Positions 63,464-64,000 of a stretch of 64,000 nt of DNA are shown piece by piece (the first letter of the stretch is position 1; every line of letters starts with the position of its first letter). The notes below the pieces were generated by a model. The model was given only the letters and a program-made list of their open reading frames with translations, did no database searches and had not been told where the DNA came from. The translations under genes were made by a program, and so were the position numbers. Origin of the DNA: Desulfobacterales bacterium (GTDB lineage Bacteria > Desulfobacterota > Desulfobacteria > Desulfobacterales > UBA11574). The DNA lies in the NCBI GenBank assembly GCA_046484425.1, contig JAWOIY010000023.1:27771-91770 (forward strand), in the 5' to 3' direction.

Positions 63464-64000
63464 TCTTCGTACCTCCTTTCCGGTTAGGGTTGATTTCAGG
63501 AGTTCACTGACAAAATGTTTTTCTTTGGAAATGGATTCCAAATTCTTTTTTAATACCACAGATGTCGTGTTTTGCAACTACAAAACAAAATACCGGCAAA
63601 CTCTAAAACGTCATTTAAAAGAAACATATTTTGATCGGGTTTCGAACCCTTAATTCCGATCAATTCCAATAGAGCGCAGCAAACCGGGAAAGATTTTACA
63701 GCCATATTCGGGGACAAAATTTGAATCTTGATTTGATACGCTTGAAAAAATTCTTTAATCGCGATACGATAAATACAAAAGCATTTGTCGGTAATTGTAT
63801 GTTTTTTTACGGCAAAATAATTTTCGTGACATTTTTCTAAAAGGTTAGCCTTTTGAAAATGAATCGCTCCAGGTATGCTTAAATTTTTTCTGAAAGAACT
63901 CGTAGATTACGGCTCGTAATGAAAAAACCGGTTTTAGCTTTTAAGAATGATTTTGGTATTAAGGCCATATGATCGCATTCAAGCTAATCCGGAATGGTTT

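Overview
This window looks like the chromosomal origin region of a sulfate-reducing Desulfobacterales-type bacterium; the taxon is inferred from gene content and repeat types. The left third holds an RND adaptor/TetR/cfa membrane module, an Endonuclease Q gene divergent from a dnaN-gyrB-thyA operon, then asnS, degP, a TIGR03960 radical SAM gene, rng and rpmH-rnpA-yidD-yidC-jag-mnmE followed by a perfect parS. dnaA, recF, gyrA, mnmG and parAB are absent from the window. The middle holds an Lpp/OprI-like lipoprotein with an L,D-transpeptidase, a TolC-MFP-RND pump, and a ~13 kb accessory island (about 30.6-43.9 kb). The island carries ERCC4 nuclease, RecQ, SNF2+SWIM, a second SWIM-SNF2 and a GSU2403 nucleotidyltransferase, plus gene fragments and MITEs. 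The right third holds lemA/ypfJ, glgP, kamA, larE, pyrG, eno, a cyclophilin, a 2-oxoacid oxidoreductase and an orphan aapJ. The most interesting signals are: (1) EndoQ with a beta-clamp-binding-like QNALF motif, head-to-head with dnaN-gyrB-thyA across an AT-rich oriC-like spacer carrying tandem NrdR-like boxes, a candidate replication-coupled uracil control module; (2) the helicase/nuclease island bracketed by a GSU2403 gene and a remnant of a paralogue; (3) paired 11-20-11 inverted-repeat operators upstream of GSU2403; (4) two MITE types with target-site duplications plus a heptamer-bounded element. No rRNA, tRNA or CRISPR array was seen. All family calls come from motif recognition by eye, not from database searches.
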